Below, in pieces: positions 39,298-54,910 of a DNA stretch of 64,000 nt (position 1 is its first letter; every line of letters starts with the position of its first letter). This stretch comes from Chrysomallon squamiferum. Its lineage: Eukaryota; Animalia; Mollusca. The stretch spans positions 1,302,001 to 1,366,000 of the forward strand of contig CM022670.1 of the NCBI GenBank assembly GCA_012295275.1. Direction: 5' to 3'. A program made the translations under genes and the position numbers. The notes beneath the pieces are model-generated. The model worked only from the letters and a program-made list of their open reading frames with translations, did not search any database and had not been told where the DNA came from.

Positions 39298-41696
39298 TTT
39301 GTAGAAAACCAATTTAAGTTATATCTGGCTATAAAATTGCATGAAACAAACATGGAGGTTGTTTACGTCTGAAATTTTTCTCTTGAAATCGGTTAAAAGG
39401 TTGTAACTAAACTTCGTGATCAAAGATGGAAGCTATTTACCAATAGCTGTCAAATGCACAGGAAATCTTTGACAGAATTTCCATACCGGCTGTACAAAAC
39501 CTCGAGAGACCGTCCCAAAAGAGCTCTAAATTACTATGCAAATATGGGCACTTTTATCAGAATTAGCTTTGTTATTGTAATCATCAAAATCATGTAAATA
39601 TCGCACCTCGGAAGTGAGAAATAAACTATTTTGAAATACAACGTGAATTCAGAGAGAGCTGTGAATTCAGTGATCTACATTACTGTTTACAACAACAATT
39701 GTAATAAGAAAAACAGTGGTATTAATGACAGCAATAGTGATACAGTCGTATTAGCTATACTAGCAATAAATGAAGAAGTAACCGTAGATAAGCTAATGCA
39801 GTGGTATTAGCTATACTAAAAAAAGAAGTAGTAACCGTGGCAGTAACAAAAACAGCAGTGGTGACAAGGAAGAACATGAACCCTGGAATCCGACCTTCTC
39901 CAAAGACTCGGGGACAAACAAACAAATGCCACGCCCCCAAAAAAAACCCTAAACAAATAAACAACAACAAAAAACAAGAAGTGGTAGACAAGTAATGTTG
40001 TGACTGTTCTTTCACTGTCACGTTTTTTTGTTGTTGTAATTATTATTATTGCTACTGTTGTGACTGTTATTGTTAATGTCGTTGATATTGTTATTGATAC
40101 ATTCGTCGTTATTTCACTGTTAGCCTGTCATTACTTCTTTATTTCTTATTCTGTTTTTCTTGTTCATGTTATTACTGCTATTGTTTATGTCGTTGTCGTC
40201 GTCGTTGTTGTTGATACTGTTGTCGTTGTTGTTGATATTTGTCGTTTTTTCTAGTTCTTGTTATTACTACTGTTGGTATTATTGTTTTATATTTATTATT
40301 ATTTTTAAATTATTATCATTATTATTATCATTATTATTATTATTATAGTTTTTGTTCTTGTCGTCGTCATCATCGTCCTCACAAAAGACAGTTGAACATC
40401 AGTAAGTTTCCTGTGCACTCTGTTTCAAACTGCGGCCGCGGGGAAGCCTGGCGGCCATGTTGGGAGTATGACATTTGTAATTGCTTCTGCGGCGCTGAAC
40501 TTTTCACGCGTATTTACATGTCACATGTCACATCACAGAGAAGTCCACTCGTGTAGATCGAGTCGAGATGTCGTTGGGCAGCAGTGACAATACACCACAC
40601 TGGACTTCACTTTCCTGAAAACTCACGTCAGTGACAGATCGTTGACAATGAATCTTTTCACAGTGCGTATTGTACAGCATAATATAAAGAACTGTAAAAC
40701 AAAAAAAAATAAAACGATTTAGAATATAAAATAATTTTGAAGCGGACCCATGTTTTGCTATTCAAAGGATCGCTCTGCCGATTTCCGAGATTTCCATATC
40801 TAAAAAAGACAGATCACAGTGATATAAAATAGCGCTATCTTTTGATGAATAGTTATTATTATTATTATTATCGTCGTTATTATTATTGTTGTTTTTGTTT
40901 ATACTTCTATTTTTTTTACTTTTGACAGAAGCAGCACTTTTTACTTCTACTACTACTACGACAACGACTACTATTATACAAACAACAAACAAAAAAAAAT
41001 ATGTGCACTCTAGCTTTGTTTTAATAGGCGAAATGTACGAAAAGATCACAACAGAATATATATAAAATGTTTTCTTACTAATTTTTAAATTATGTCATTT
41101 TTATTTGTTAAAAGATCGATACAAATCGATACATCAGAAAAACACCATTACCAAAAAAATCCTAAATTATCTGACTGGGAATTTTTCTTTAATGGATATA
41201 AAAACCATCGAACGAAGATATTAATCAGTATATTAAAATAAGAATAGAGTGGCATGCAATAATAATTCAATGCAATACTTCAAGAAAATAAATCGTTACA
41301 AATGTGTAAGAGCCAGAATTTGAAACTGAAATAGTCATTATGGCGGTCGCCACGTCTGCCATAATCCGTTCTGGCTTACTGCGGCAGTCACGTGGTTTCT
41401 CTCTTGTTTGTTTTCACGCCGTCTGATTCAATCTATTTTACGACATGCTGTCCAGTACTGCAGCAATATTTTATAGATGTTTGTGTTCAAACTAATGAAG
41501 TGATATGACTGTCATAATCTATATCGTTCCACTCATGTTAATAGGCAATATAGTAATGTCGTAATGTCGTAATGTGGTTTGATAAAGACTGCTTTACACT
41601 GCATAGAGAGAAGGGTCAGATCTGATTTGTGCTTGTTAATCTGGAAATGAGAAATCGTAGTCATTGTTTTCATCAGCCAAAGTGATCTGTTGTTTT

Positions 41697-41772
<76 letters not shown>

Positions 41773-41782
41773 TATCATTATC

Positions 41783-41826
<44 letters not shown>

Positions 41827-44800
41827 TTTGTTGGCTGGTTTAGTTGTTTGTTTGATAGTGTTTGTGTTGTTGTTGTTTTGCTTGAAAAATCAAAATAAAT
41901 AAATTATTCTGCTTTTAAAATGTACTGCCGACATGATTCCTGAATGTTTTATTAACATAACAGATAAAATATATGTGTGTGTTATGTGTTCTAAACCAAG
42001 CGCACACACACACACACAAACACACACACAGTTCTAAATTAAAGAAAAATTATGTATAGTTTTAATTAAATGTTTCAACTTAATGTATGTATGTATGTAT
42101 GTATGCATGTATGTATGTATGTATGTATGTATGTATGTATGTATGTATGTATGTATGTATGTATGTATGTATGTATGTATGTATGTATGCATGTATGTAT
42201 GTATGTATATATGTATGCATGTATACATGTTTTTTTGTTTTTTTTAATTTAACTGTTTTAATTGTTTTGAATGCTCTAATCCAAGAGATCTGGTTGCACA
42301 TTTCTACAAATGACATACGTTTAAAACCGAGTAAAATTCTATTATTTTATAATATCAGTGACAAATATCGATTCACGCTGTGATTTTGACAATTATAGAT
42401 AGTGCGTTCTCGTGTTTGGTGGAAACCACATCAATAACAAAATTACTTAACGACTGTTTGCGACGCGAGATTTTGAGTGCGGTACAGACAAGGATCATCA
42501 TCCAGCTAAGCCGATTATTATTGCCAGTAATTTAGGTAGTGACGCTGCTGCCGTTGCTGTTAACTGCTGACCGGCAGCTGGATGAGATTAAATCATCTAA
42601 CAAGCCAGCTGTTCATTATGTAGCTATTTCTGTCATTTCGTCTTAGACGCAAAGAATTCGTAAGAATTTTTGAAGGTCAGACATATTTGATCATTAATTA
42701 GAGCTCCGTCCTTAATCACAAAAACATTTGGTTTTCAGAATAATTAACGTTTTTAATTAGTTTATTTACGTCTGTTTTCGTAATATCCAGTTCTAGCCAG
42801 TGCTCGAATATGATGTGGTTTGTGCTTTCCTTTTTCTTTTCTTATATATATATATATAGATATGTGTGTGTGTTTATCATATATATATATATATATTTTT
42901 TTTATTTTATTTTATATGATTTTTTTTTTCTTTTCTTTTCCCTTCTTTTATTTTTTATTTTTTTCGATCCGTCATTATTCCTAGAAAGCTAAGTTAATAT
43001 CTGATTACGAAGAACCATCATTCACTAGGAGCTAAAATGGAAGGCTGCCCAGTTCCTCTTTTCACTGAATAATTTAGATATGAACTGATTCGTAATCAAC
43101 AACGTGTGTCAGATTTCCTTGTCCACTGCACGTAAGTGACACATGTCCATCAGTTAGTGACTGTGATGTACAAACATTCATATATAACTGTCATGCAGAC
43201 CACTGCCCGCGGTATAATCAAATTATTACTAAACAGTTTCAGATCTAGAAACAACTGAAAATAAAAATAATGGTAAACTATATGTTAAGAGAAATAAAAT
43301 AAAATATTTCCTTTGTTATAAAAAAGATGAAATTTGTGAGCAGTTGTTTTCGGGTGACAAAACTAAAGAAGTGTGGTAGTTCGTGCATTTAGAACATAAT
43401 TACGAAAGTATTGCTGCTTAAATGTTCCATATTCACGCATTATTCAGTGTATCCACGGTCAACTTCAGTTTCAAACACCATGACGAAGACAGAAAAAACA
43501 AAACTAAATCTTACGATGTCATTTATAAAAAACACTAATACGTCGATATTTAAAGCAACCATCGACAAAGCACGACCGAAGACCAAAAGATCAGTAAAGG
43601 ACAATTCCAGTGATACATTTAGAGAAAACGTTTGTTGAATTATTTTGTTATTTTTGTCTGGGGTTTTTGTGACCTTGTCGATAACGTTTCACACGATTCT
43701 GTCTCATTATTTTAGTGTCGCAAAACGCTAATTCTTCATAATTCGCTTTATCCTTTTGACCTTTTGTTGACTTGACCTTCATGGTCTCCGAGAACTCGAT
43801 CTTAATGCCAGTGGTGATGAAAACAGTGCTGCTAATCATGCTAATTGCACGTGCAATACGTGTATATCGTTTCATGATGCTCTTCTGAAATGACAAGTTA
43901 CGGCTGCCTCCTTGTCACCTTTTGTGATATTTATGCCGGCTAACGAAGAACAGATACACCGCCCTCAAAGACAGAGTGTTTCTGTAACAGGTTTCATGTT
44001 GAATTATATGCGTTTAAGAGGCAGCTCATTATTATTTTTAGAGCAGAATACAATTACGTACACCAAGAACAATCTAGCTTGACCTTCCAGGAAAACGATA
44101 ATGTCTCTTTGTGTCCTTTTTTCTCTGTCTCATTCCCATCAATCTAATTTGACTATCTCTCCCTCTGTCTCTCTCTCCGTCTCTCTCTCTGTCTCTCTCT
44201 CTGTCTCTATCTGTCTCTCTTTCTCTCCGTCTCTATCTGTCTCTCTTTCTCTCTCTCTGTCTCTCGCTCTATGTCTCTCTCTCTCTTTCTCGGGATAAGG
44301 CCAGTGTTCTTGTTATTATATGTTACCTGATATCATTGTTATCAAATTTGATATTTTCTCATTACTCATTTGGACAGACTCGGGGATCTGTAACAAATTG
44401 GCGTCATCCAGTTTCATGTGTTGTTGTTGTTGTTGCAACAGTTCCTGTTTTTGTTTTGTTGTTGTTTTATTGGATTTTTTGTTGCTGTGGTTGTTTTTCT
44501 TGCTCCTTTTGCTTTTATTATGTGTCGATATTTTGTTTGTTTCGTCTTGTTTTTGTGGGGTTTTTTGGTGGGGAGTTGTCGTTCTAATCGATTTTGATGA
44601 GATTGTTTTTCTTTGTGTTTTTTTTTTTTTTTTTTTCTATTTCTTTTCAAGATCATGTTACGAAATCATCGAGTAAAGACTTACGAGTTCAGTTATTGAC
44701 AATAAAACTAAAACGTAATTTCCTGACTACTAAATATCAATCTCTGTTACATAAAAAAAAAAAAAAAAAAAAGAAGAAGACAAATTGCTCAAAGTCATGA

Positions 44801-47800
44801 AGACAAATAAATCAAAATGAGAAAAATATAAAAATAGCTACACGGTAAACTGTGGCAGTTATATATATTGTGTTTTTTTTGTTGTTTTTGTTTTTAATTT
44901 ATTTTCTATACAATGAAACAAAAGCCTATGTCATGACGTCTGATAAATCAGGCCTGGAAAATCGACAGAAACGTGAAAACGAGCAATGAACGTTTGATCA
45001 TTTTGTCCTCTCATCTGACCACCAGACAACTGTTATCTTAAACAAAGAGAAATGAATAAAGGGAATTGATTAATTAATTAATTTTGACATTTAAAAGGAC
45101 GAAGAAGGAAAAGAAAAAGCATGTATTCCTTCCATAACATTCCTCTTAGTACTCAGTCACCGGCCTTCAGTCCTCTCCTTAGGCTTCAGCTTGAACAAGT
45201 AACCGGAAATACGTTACTCTGGGAGGTCGTTGTAAAATCTGCTTAGGTTGTTGCGTTCGTGGGGATCGTCTTTACTGTCGTAGTTCGTAATTAATTAGCA
45301 AGTGGTAGAGAGTATTATACGATTTACCTTTGAAACATATGCATTTTACTTTTTCTTTTTGCAGTGGGCGGGCATTTTAAGTTCTGCCGTACTGAAGGAA
45401 CTGGTTAAAGATGCTGTAGAGAAAATGTTTTAAGTTTAAAGAGCTGCACCAAACAATGTAAAGCGTGCCTGTTTTTCATTTTATATATAGTTTTTTTTTT
45501 TTTTTATGTGCGTTTTATCAGAAACATATTTTGAATGAAAGATTATTACATACCAGTAAATTACTTATCATTTAAAAATTACATAAAATTATGTAGAAAA
45601 AAACAAACAAACAGGATGTGACACAAATACATAGAGCTAGTTTATTATGTGGATTTGTTAACTTTTTAATAAGCAAACAACACACACCTTAGCGTCTGAT
45701 GCATCTGTACAAGATTAATTAGAATAATAAGCTGACCACGTTTTAGTTCTAAAGGAAATGAATAACGGAAAAGCAACTCAGTTTCTTTTTCTTTTTCTTT
45801 TTATAACAAGCGGAAAAGCAAAGAGATTTATTTTTCTCCTTTTTTTTAAATCTTTTTTTTTTTTTTTTTCAAGACAGGTGTAAAATACTCCAGTTTAAAC
45901 GAGGAGAGTTCACTGATTAATGGTGACCGTGTTCGCCGAAACAGTCTGTTTTACAGACACTGTGTTGTACGTGCAATGAATAACAAAACCAGGAAACGGC
46001 TTCCTCCCTCCAGACTGTAATTTCAATACAGTTTATGTGATCAATGGCTTAGCAGTGACAGCATTGGTGTGTGCATCTTATTCTTGTTCTAAGCTCATTT
46101 AAGGATCTCTTCGACTCTGCCCGCCATGAATAAAAACAATGTTTCATCAATTTACAAGATACAGATGTAGTAGTGTAATAGTTTTGAAGACCATTGTTAC
46201 ATTTATTTATCTGTAAACTGCTCGTTTTTCTTCTTTTTATTTTTTTTCTAGACAAAATAAATGTTTTGCTAACACATCCCAGTAATTTGTTTTTCTGAAT
46301 TAGTGTGTCTGACGTCAGAAATAAAAACTGCAATTGGTCGCAACACAGTTCGGCCATTAAACCACACTAAACCGTATTTACAGCGATAGCCAGACCTACG
46401 TAATAATCATCTTTTGATAAAGCGGTGTATAACAAATTTGTAATCCGAATAAAAAAAAAATACGATCAAAAACACGACTCGAAATATGTGGAAACTCCGG
46501 AAAGGTGGTATTTAATTTTATTAACCCTGACAGCTGAATTTATAATAAATGGTGGTGCAATGTGCAAAACGGGCAGTCAAAGCGATGTTAACACGTGACA
46601 ACGTGAGCGTTGCGTGCTTTCTACCTAGGGTTTGACACGAATGAATAATTGATAGTTCTGTCGGTCAGATTTGATCAGCTCTGCTTACAAAGCAGTATGT
46701 AAACACAGCTTATTCTAATTTTTTCGCTACTGTGTAAACAGTCGATAGCCTGATAGAGAATACTGTCAATGAAAACAAAATAAATACGAAAGCGAAAAAT
46801 ATAAAGAAATTTTTTTTTTTTTTTTTTAATGACGCACTCGAGATATTTTTTAATATACATTTATAGGGTGTCACTACGTAATTATGATTTAAGGACTATG
46901 GAAATACTGAGGGAAACGAATACACGATGCAGAACTATTTCACGATTAGCAGATGGCTTTTGTTGTTGTTGGTTTTTTTGGTTTTTTTGTGTGCGTGTAA
47001 TTTTGTTTTTGTTTCTTTCTTTGTTGTTGTTGTTGTTTTTTGTTTGTTTTTTTCTTTATTTGTTTCTTTGCTTGGGGGGTTTTGGGGGTATTTTATTAAC
47101 ATTACATTTCGTTACAACGAAAATGCTTCAAATCTCTTGGATTCACCACTGAATCACAAAGTATTCAGAAATTTGTAACTTATCTATAGTTCTGCTTTTT
47201 AATTTAAGTGTGTAAACTCTAGATTTTAATTCTCTCTCTCGATTCGCTTATCAGGTAATCAAGTAAGTCAAACAGTTTACTGATGTTATCTGTGAACTTC
47301 TCGGTCAGCTTTTTGTTTAGGCTTTACGGATGGCATGTGAAGCTTTTCGATATATATATATAAGTACGTTTGTGTGAATGTATAGAAATATAACTAGATA
47401 TGTATATATGTATGTATGTATGTTTGTATGTATGTATGTATGTATATATGTGTTTATGTATGTATATATGTATGTGTGTGAATGTATATCTGTAGCTGTG
47501 TTTGTGTGCATATATATGTTTGTGAGTATATATTTCTTTACATACACTTTCAGATAACTGATTATCTAGAATAAACAGAAACATCGATAGATATAATACT
47601 TATATGTGAATACTTTCTCTTTGATCAATTATTAAACAATCGAGTCGTGATTAGACAGGCTGACAGCAGGGCTCGAGAGAAGTGTGTTTATTGAATCTAA
47701 CACGTTAATCACTCAGTTCACTAAACAGTCAGTTCAAGTTTAATATTGTTGACGAATGTGAAGCAGAACAAACACGGCGCACAGGTCTTCTGTTTGCTCG

Positions 47801-48756
47801 TCAGTATTCGGTTCCTTGTCACAAAGGCAGTGGATGTTTGCACGACCCCAGGCTTAAATGCGTTCGACACGAGATGAAAGTTAAATAATATGATATTCCA
47901 TACTTGTATACTTAATATTAAATTACTACTGTAAATATACGTTATATATTAAGTAAGGTAAAACTTCGGTCCGTGTACCTGTTAAGTAACAGTTTTGTTT
48001 AAAAGTCGGTGTGTGGTATATTACTGAAAAATATACACGAAAGTCTACGCCGCTTTGCTAGTCAGAAGTTAGCGGTGAATGCAGGTTATCGATCTAACAG
48101 TTGTGAATTATCTACAATCTCTGCCAGCGACCCAACACGCCACTGTCAGGCAGGTAGAGTTCGACAGCGCTGGAAGAAAACCAACACGGGTTATGAAAGT
48201 TCTCCATACGTCGCTGAGATCACACGGCAGGTTTTTACGACAAACAAGTTTTGCCTGACGCTTTTTGTCTGATTCGAGATCGCAGAGCAGCATGTTACAA
48301 ACCAGTTCGTCTGCTGTTGCGACCCAAAGCTCAACCCTCTCGTAGCTGCGGGTCCGAGTCGAGCGCAGTGTTAAGTAAACATCGTATCAGTTTCCGAGGA
48401 GCCAATGGAGAGAGAGCCGAGGTGACAGTCAGTGCCGTGTTTTCAGAACTGGCTTCACACTGGTTTATGGAGAGAAGGGATATATACGCGTGTACAGCTA
48501 GATGTTTACTGGTATGACTCTTTTCTCAAAACATGTGGGCGACCAGTGAAGTTTTATTATGACGCAAAAGTCGTCTGGTTTCGCATGTTCAAACTTTGGT
48601 GACTGTTGTTGATGACATCAGTAGAAAAGTTTTTATCAAGCTTCTGTTCGTATTTACAAACAAGTCGTTTCTAATCTCGCTCAATTCTTATGAGCGTATT
48701 TGTTTAGTCGAGGACTATAAAGAAGTGAAATTGTGCCGAACGAGAACATTGGCGAC

Positions 48757-49425
48757 ATGGAGTTCGGTACGCTTGCTAGCGATGTGTTGTATTCTTCGAG
48801 GGATATACCTGGTGGTTCCACAGATTTCTGTCGAGTTCTCGAGCAGATTCGAATAATGGATGAAAGTGAAGGATCCAGAGTGTGCGAAATAAAAGAAACG
48901 AAATACGACAAAAAGAAATCGAAAAAAGACAAAGATAAATCGAAATCGAAATCGAGCGGTGAAAACAACAACAGATTCTGGCGTTTGAAGAGACACCAAA
49001 ACAATCGGGTGGAATCCCCGACTGGTGCCGATTCTTCACGAACACAAACGGCACCTACGTCCACCCATTCCGATCAAACGCAGTGCAAGTACAGTGATTC
49101 CGAAAACGCTCGGAAACCTCGAGAGACAGTTCACGCACAAATCGGCAGCACGCACAACCCCAACTTGTTAGGGTTTTCGGGGATTGACGATGAAGAATTC
49201 CGCCAAAGATCGAAGAGTGACTCTTCGGCTATGGCTCCCCGAAGACGTCCGGTAGTGGTGTCACCCATAGATTCGTTGCACGTGCATTGGCCGGACGAGC
49301 GGAAAGGAGCGAGGTTAACGACAACACTTCGGCCAAGATCGTTTTCTCACGGAGCGACCGGGATGCCTCACAAACCCATTCTGAAGAAAGGAGCCTCGGG
49401 ATCATTACGACCTGAATATTTTTAA
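48757..49425 (+). CDS. Uncharacterised, largely disordered 222-aa ORF (single-exon gene or first coding exon of a larger gene)
   Basis: Longest non-repetitive ORF in the window; GC-richer than the flanks; gacATGG start with an in-frame stop upstream (48718); Lys-rich NLS-like tract, RxRxxS motifs (RQRSKS, RPRSFS), LHVHWPD, KPILKK; preceded by a CpG-rich ~1-kb region with CCAAT (~48402) and TATATA (~48481). No family recognised. Confidence 0.7.
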   Translation: MEFGTLASDVLYSSRDIPGGSTDFCRVLEQIRIMDESEGSRVCEIKETKYDKKKSKKDKDKSKSKSSGENNNRFWRLKRHQNNRVESPTGADSSRTQTAPTSTHSDQTQCKYSDSENARKPRETVHAQIGSTHNPNLLGFSGIDDEEFRQRSKSDSSAMAPRRRPVVVSPIDSLHVHWPDERKGARLTTTLRPRSFSHGATGMPHKPILKKGASGSLRPEYF

Positions 49426-50431
49426 CTTTTTGTTTTGGACACCTTTTTTTATATACATACATGGAGTTTTATAACAATGAATATTTATTTAAAAAAAATA
49501 CAGTTGTTTCTAAAAATGTCTAACATTTCCCAAAGCTTTTATGTTTTGCTCTCACAAAGCATTATTCGACTGTTGAATTTGGGATATGTTTAAAAAAACA
49601 AGAAAATTAAATAATTTACTTGACAAAATGAGGTTTGTATAGTTCTCGTTTTTTTATTTTTTTATTTATTTTTTTTTTTTTTTAAATTTGTTTTTATATA
49701 TTTGCATAAATGATTCTAAATGACGTTACACTGTAATAACCCATGTGGTGTCGGGAAAGTATGTTAGTTACCATCATTATACATCTCTTTACTCAAATAC
49801 AGTTAATATGTAAAACTCGGTTATCTACCAAATACTGATTCTCTCCCAGCAAATATAACCAGAAGCAACTACATATATACGTACAAATAAAATATGAAAA
49901 AAGGGAGTGTTCCATGAGTTAAAACTAAGTATTAAATTTAAATTATCAGTTCTAAAAATGTATTTTAAATAAGGAAATACAATTACACTTTTTTTTTTCT
50001 TTCTAAAATGGCTCAGGAGGCTGTTATGCTTTTGGCTTGTACCAGGATTAATCATCCATAATTCACGAAATGAGAATTTCTTCTGACAGGCCGTGCACTA
50101 GACTTGATTTATCAGTAGCCGTGTTATCTGTCTCGTACAAACGTTCATATAAAATATTCTTACTGTTAATGTAGCATATTTCTACATGACAGAATTCTTA
50201 AAAGTTTGACATTAAATAAAAAGCTTAGAGCAAAAAAAAAAAAAAAAAAAATTTTTCAGCTTAAAACAAAAAATTAATACAAATTAAATATAATCTTTAT
50301 CAACTGCGGCTATTTTTGGCTGTGTTGTGGACTGTAATACTGTCTTCGATCACATACTTTCAATAACTGCTGTCAATACGCTGCAGACGTAATTATTAGG
50401 TCAGCAGTCTCTAAAAGATAATTGTTCAGTT

Positions 50432-50535
<104 letters not shown>

Positions 50536-51211
50536 AGCATTCGGAATTGCCGAGGATATAAAATTAAGCATGCTACACTTTAGTGTAGCTAAACACGACA
50601 ATAAAATAATAAAAAAAATAAAAAAATAAAATTGTGAAATTTCTCGTTCGCTTACGTTACTAAAATTCGCACGTTTTACATACGTGTCTGAGGCTGAAAT
50701 AACTTGTTGTGTAGGTTTTTTTCATAAACTTACTTAACATTCAGTAGGAAAACAAATTAAAAATATATGACTTGATCAACAACCTGTCGTCTTGCTGTGT
50801 ATGACCAGATATGTTATTTTATACTGACTGGGTTTATTCGGGAGAAAAAAAAAAGAAAAAAAAAAGACGAACATAAAAATGAAATCACTTGCTGCTAAAT
50901 TATTTTATGTTTTTAATTTTTAATTTATTTATTTCTTTTTTTATATATTTATTGATTATTTATTTACTTGTTTGTTTGTTTGTGTATTTGGTTGTTTATA
51001 TCTTTATTTATCTATCTACTTGTGTATTATAATTTGTTTACCCACCACAGAATATTCCAAACTGGGTTTCCATAATGCTTATGTTTAGATATTTACAATA
51101 TGCTATCATTCAGTCTGCAATATATATATTAAATTACATCTCTGAAAATAAATTTTGTCAAAGTAGTTTATTTATATGTATATCTATCTATCTCTCTCTC
51201 TCTCTCTCTCT

Positions 51212-51255
<44 letters not shown>

Positions 51256-51710
51256 TGCTTTGTGCATTAAGTATTAATAAACTAGACAAAAGATAATATG
51301 GTTAAGTTAGAAAACATTAAACAGTGGATCTGATAAATTAAATATTTATACATTATTATAAATAGAAGAAAAAAACGATTAGAAATTTAGAATCTTTTAA
51401 ATCTATTTATCATGAAAATAGCCTGCTTAGCATTCCTTTTTTTTTTTTAATTTATTGGTTTCATGGGGTTTCTAGTTGTTGGTTTTATTTATTTTTTTTT
51501 TTTTTTTTAATCGGGTTTTTTATTGTTTGTTTTTGTTTTGGTAACTTCCGAAAACGTTCGCTAATAAGGAAAAGCTCTAATTGCAAAAATTAGTGAATGA
51601 GTGAAATAATTCATTAAATAAGTCAGACAGCACATACCACAGACATAAACAATAAATTCAGTGACATTAGCTGTCTAAAACGTATTATAAAGAGAAGTAA
51701 TTTTACATCT

Positions 51711-51993
<283 letters not shown>

Positions 51994-52516
51994 ATCATTT
52001 TACTTGAAGGTCAAGTTGGACTGTTCTCGCTGTACCTAACTGTGTGCTGCTCTAAATATAAAAATGATTTGTTTTTAATTGAAATCTGTTCAGCGTCATA
52101 TGTGAGCGAGAGCTGCAGGGTTGCATATTTAATTATATACATCCTCGATCTGAAAACCAGTTTATGGTTTTATCTCCGTGGACTACCTATAAGTTATATA
52201 TATATATATAAAAAATACTAATATGAAATATTTTTTTGGAAAAGCAGTAAGAGAAAAAAGAGACTTCATAAAATGATATTATTGTTGTGGTTCTTCGCAG
52301 TATAAATATAATTTTTATTAATTATAAAGTAATAATACCAAGTTATATAATTTAATGCGTTTATATTATACAAAACTAATATATAAACTTGAAATTGATA
52401 AAGTTGTACATAAAGACAGAGATATAATTTTAAAAAAAAAAAAAAAAAAAAACAACATTCATGTAAGAGATTTATTATAGTTAAATTATACAAATCTTGC
52501 AACTACGTTTAGCTTT

Positions 52517-52592
52517 GGACCGGTTATGAGACTTGAACCAGCAGCCTATCGATCCTAAACGCGATGGCTACTAGCACACACGAGCTAAACGA
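52517..52592 (-). mobile_element. tRNA-derived SINE head remnant
   Basis: Minus strand TTTAGCTCGTGTGTGCTAGTAGCC...GGTTCAAGTCTC with box-A-like and box-B-like motifs at tRNA spacing; no convincing acceptor stem, so not called a tRNA. Confidence 0.4.
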
Positions 52593-54177
52593 TTATTTTA
52601 AAACCGGACACAAAGATTTGTAAAATGTTAGCAATATAATCATCTCCCGGCTAGTTCTTGATGGTCATTTAGCCTTTTGAGAAGAGGTTTTGTGGAACCG
52701 TTGAAGCACTGATATAAAACGTTTCTTTTAGTCGGATAATGGGAAATTCCTTTTAGGTAATAACGACGAGAAAAGAAGGACGCTCTTACAGCTGGTAATC
52801 ACTTATTGGGTCATTAACAGAGGAACTGACGTTTTGTCGTAGGCTCAAGGAGTTACACTTAACAGTTAATAGCATGTCAAATGAAACTTGCTAAAGGGTT
52901 TTTCACACTCTGTAACTTTTAAAAGCGATTTTTGTTCTTTCTCTGTCAACTTTTTCTTCTTTTTTTTTTTATTCCCTTCTATTTCTATTTATCTGTCTAT
53001 ATCTGTCTATCTATTTATATTTCTATCTATCTATATTTCTATCTATCTGTATATCAGTCTGTCTATCTATCTGTCTATATACCGATTTGTCTGTCTGCTC
53101 TCTGGCTCGTTCTAATACATACACACACATGTACACACACATACAGACTCACATCCTTCTATTATAGATATAAACAGATTATGAATATCCAATATACACA
53201 AGCATGAAACCATAAACATCATTTTTTCCTTAATGGACTTCGTTATACTGCACTGAGTTAATTACATTAATCTTCTTTGTAACTTTATAAATGTTCTTTT
53301 ATCTGTGTTCTGTATCAGAATTCAGAGTATTTATTCTTTTAAATAACGCTTACAATATCTTTGTATCTGAAATTTAACATACTTTTAAATTTAAAATAAA
53401 TAATTATTATTACTGCATTTCCTTTGTTAAGAAAGAAACGTAATAAAAAATAAATAATAATAAGATAAATGAAATAAAAAATAAAATAAATGAAAATCAT
53501 AAGGTAAAATAAAACTAAATTTTTAGTAATTTCCAATGAATAAAATAGTTCTCAGGTCTATTATAAATATTTAATTATGAAAAGGTAAACGTTAACCCAA
53601 ATGCTCCTGAAAACAAAGAAGAAGAAGAAAAAGGAAGAAAAAAAGGCAATCCATTCTACCGAAATAGTCATTAACAATCACGCAGTATGGGCACACCTTT
53701 AAAATAGAAATGGCGTAATAAGGATCAATTTTTATTTTTTTATTTTTTTTATTTTTTATGTAGCCCTGACCTTAAAAACATTAATAGGTATGAATTGCTG
53801 ACAGAGATATTGTATGTCTCGTGACAATGGCACGCTATCTGTGGACACACTAATCCAGACATGTCGTGACTGACACATATAAAGGCAATGTTGCTGAGAT
53901 CCCAGTGCCCAGCACATCCAGGTATTCCGAGCGAACGCGTCCAGTGAGTCTTTTCTGACGTAAAATAAAATTCCTCGGAGTCTACACGTTATGGCTAATA
54001 AAATGCATGACATACGTTTAGGAATGCCCCGAAAATGTACTGTTTCTTGAACGACGTATTTTCTGAAGAAGAAGAAGGAGAAGAAAAGAAAAGAATATAA
54101 GATTTATGTGACTAACTGGGAAGCACATAATAACGAAAAAGAAATGATCATACTACTAACATTTTGAAACCGTTATC

Positions 54178-54322
<145 letters not shown>

Positions 54323-54444
54323 TTTTTGTTAAACAAATTTTATTTTTTATTTTAATATCAGGCTTGTTAAAAAAAATCTGCTCATCCATGTATCTTATCT
54401 GTCTAATCAGGATGATGATGATGATGGTGATGATGATGATGATG

Positions 54445-54504
<60 letters not shown>

Positions 54505-54878
54505 TAATATCTTCTTTTTAAAACAAATAAACAGAAATTTCATGTGAAATCAATTTGAAAACTGAGGATTATTTTCCAAAACAAATTCTTCGGAAGCAAG
54601 TCGTTTGTAATGAAAGTTTGCGTGAATGCTGCGTCTTGCTTTACTTATTGATTACTGTTTGACTTGACAGGCATCTCTCTCTTTCCTGCAATCTCCCACA
54701 TTTCACATCTCATTGAGAAAAAGCTCCAAATCAAAGTTTATTTTTCTTTGTTTGGTTCTGTTTCTGTCTCACAGTCCGTATTATTATGTCTGTATTATTA
54801 TCTATATATGTACTACCTATATATCAGTCTATTTGTCTCTCTATCTATGTGTTACCTGTTTATCTGTCTGTATGTGTG

Positions 54879-54910
<32 letters not shown>

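Noticed and set aside
52517-52592. Functional tRNA gene
   Set aside because: Box A/B-like motifs present but no proper cloverleaf; treated as a SINE remnant.
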